Shown in pieces: positions 62,112 through 64,000 of a DNA stretch of 64,000 nt. The notes under the pieces are model-generated. The model was not told the DNA's origin and searched no databases. It was given only the letters and a program-made list of their open reading frames with translations. Each line of letters opens with the position of its first letter. Position 1 is the first letter of the stretch. The translations under genes and the position numbers were made by a program. Where the stretch lies: NCBI GenBank assembly GCA_010356995.1, contig ML996700.1, forward strand, positions 372,001-436,000, given 5' to 3'. The DNA comes from Trichodelitschia bisporula. Lineage: Eukaryota.

Positions 62112-62494
62112 AGTTGGATATCAGTTGGATATCAGTTGGATATCAGTTGGATATCAGTTGGATATCAGTTGGATATCAGTTGGATAAGTTGGATACCAGT
62201 TGAATAAGTTGGATATCAGTTGGATATCAGTTGAATAAGTTGGATACCAGTTGAATAAGTTGGATATCAGTTGGATATCAGTTGGATATCAGTTGAATAA
62301 GTTGGATACCAGTTGAATAAGTTGGATATCAGTTGGATATCAGTTGAATAAGTTGGATACCAGTTGAACAAGTTGGATATCAGTTGGATATCAGTTGGAT
62401 ATCATTTGGATATCAGTTGGATATCAGTTGGATAAGTTGGATACCAGTTGAATAAGTTGGATAAAGTTGGATACCAGTTGAAAAAGTTGGATAA
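62112..62494 (+). repeat. Composite minisatellite of 11- and 9-bp AGTTG-based units
   Basis: Units AGTTGGATATC, AGTTGRATA and AGTTGGATACC in an ordered array. Confidence 0.97.
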
Positions 62495-63149
62495 GTGGCT
62501 GGATATAGGGGAATAAGGGCTCTTGGGCAAATGGACAAAGTTCAAAGGGAACGGGTCGAGGGACTTGCCAAGGGAATGTCGTGGGATAGTCTCGAGGCAC
62601 AAGGCACCAACCAAGACTCGATGTGCCCCTTGCATTGGCGTTGATGTCTTGGAGGGGAGCTCTGGTTGGCGTGTGCCTGGCCGTTCCTGACCCACTTCAG
62701 CTTAGTGATTGGCCTAACGCCAGAAGGCCCGTCCTCAAATCTCGCGCGTTGCCCCAATTCCTATCGAGTCGGATCTTCGTCTCTTTCTCTTTACCCCCTT
62801 CCTCGCAAACAGCGTTTGTCCCTTATCGTCAATTCATCGTCTTCGCGACACACACTCCTTTGACCATCTACAACTTCGCACTGTTATCCATACAGTAGTC
62901 ATTCCTTTTTTGCGCTTTACAACACGGTTACGACGAGAGAGACCCGCAATTGCTGTGCTTTTGCCTGCCTCGCATCGCGCTCGAACCTCACACCGAACAA
63001 CTTAATCGAACAACTGGAAGTGCCTAGCGCACCCTATCCCCCTCCTTTGAACGAGCAACCCCAAAGCAAGCCTTTGTCCCGAAAGTTCACCCAAACCTAC
63101 CCTCATAATATCACACTATCAACACCCCACTCACATTCGATAATCAACA

Positions 63150-64000
63150 ATGGCCCGGCGCATCCTTCTGACGGCGCTCTGCAGCGCCCTCGCTGCTGCG
63201 CAGACCTGGACCTATTGCAACCCGCTCAACACGACATGTCCTGCGAACCCAGCACTGGGCGGCCACGCGGAGTTCGACTTCACCAAGGAATCCGCCAACC
63301 CCAAGATCTGGAACATGACGGCGGGGCCGATGAAGTATGGCTCGTCGGCCGAGTTCACCATCCACGAGCGCGGACAATCCCCCACCATCCAGAGCAACTT
63401 CTTCATCTTCTTCGGCCGCCTCGAGGTGATGATGCAGGCGGCCGCGGGCACGGGCATCATCAGCACCATCGTGCTTCAGTCGGACGATCTGGATGAGGTG
63501 GACTGGGAAATCATAGGCGGCAACCGCACCCATGTCGAGTCCAACTTCTTCGGCAAGGGCAACACGACGTCGTACGATCGCGCTATCTACCATCCGGTCG
63601 ATGTCGCCCCGCAGGACGGCTACCACAACTACACCGTTGACTGGACCAAAGAGAAGATGGAATGGTACTACGACGGTCATCTTTTGCGCACGTTGAGATA
63701 TGACGATCCGCTCGCGCTGTGGGGCAAGACGTATCCTCAGACGCCGATGAACGTCCGCCTGGTAAGTTTTTTTTTATCGCTTTTAAGGGGCGCGGGACTA
63801 ACAAGGCACAGGGCATCTGGTCTGCTGGTGATGAGAGTCTCAACAAGTACACGATCGAGTGGGCCGGCGGCCTGACGGACTGGAGCAAGCTACCCTTCAC
63901 CATGCTGATCAAGGGCATCAACGTCACGGACTACTCAACCGGGTCGGAGTATACATACGGCGACCACTCTGGCAGCTGGCAGAGCATTAAGATCAAGGGG
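63150..64000 (+). CDS. CRH1: GH16 Crh-family chitin transglycosylase (cell wall), 3' truncated by the window end
   Basis: Signal peptide; QTWTYCNPLNTTCPANPALG, QSDDLDEVDWE catalytic motif, NFFGKG, YPQTPMNVRL-GIW; intron 63762-63811. Confidence 0.93.

Noticed and set aside
62112..62494. CRISPR-like look of the 29-bp cassette with variable spacing
   Set aside because: The apparent spacers are copies of the same 11-mer, not unique sequences; eukaryotic context and no cas genes.

Overview
Gene-dense eukaryotic window from a filamentous ascomycete (Pezizomycotina, inferred from short ~40-55 nt GT-AG introns with CTRAY branch sites and from the protein families). About 25 protein-coding genes are supported. 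Recognisable ones: ETR1, a malate/C4-dicarboxylate transporter, HGH1, seipin, an F-box-like protein, RIB5, a family III CoA-transferase, a PHD protein, Aquarius/Cwf11, EMI1, a MARCH5-like RING-CH ligase, TFIIIC Tfc6, an amidase, GCV2, an integral membrane protein and a GH16 Crh transglycosylase cut by the window end. The less ordinary parts are: (1) a tandem pair of divergent SprT-like HEXXH metalloproteases sharing an unrecognised N-terminal CxCxxCSP-x11-H motif, with a 42-aa mini-ORF carrying a similar motif just upstream; (2) a 1.17-kb non-coding Tc1/mariner-ended element made of nested long foldbacks; (3) a ~3-kb zone of decayed gene fragments, including an intron-containing SPC2 5' fragment with a stop codon; (4) a higher-order minisatellite upstream of the Crh gene; (5) a recurring C-rich to G-rich skew switch inside genes regardless of coding strand. 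No tRNA, rRNA or CRISPR array could be supported. Family calls rest on motif recognition only; no searches were run.
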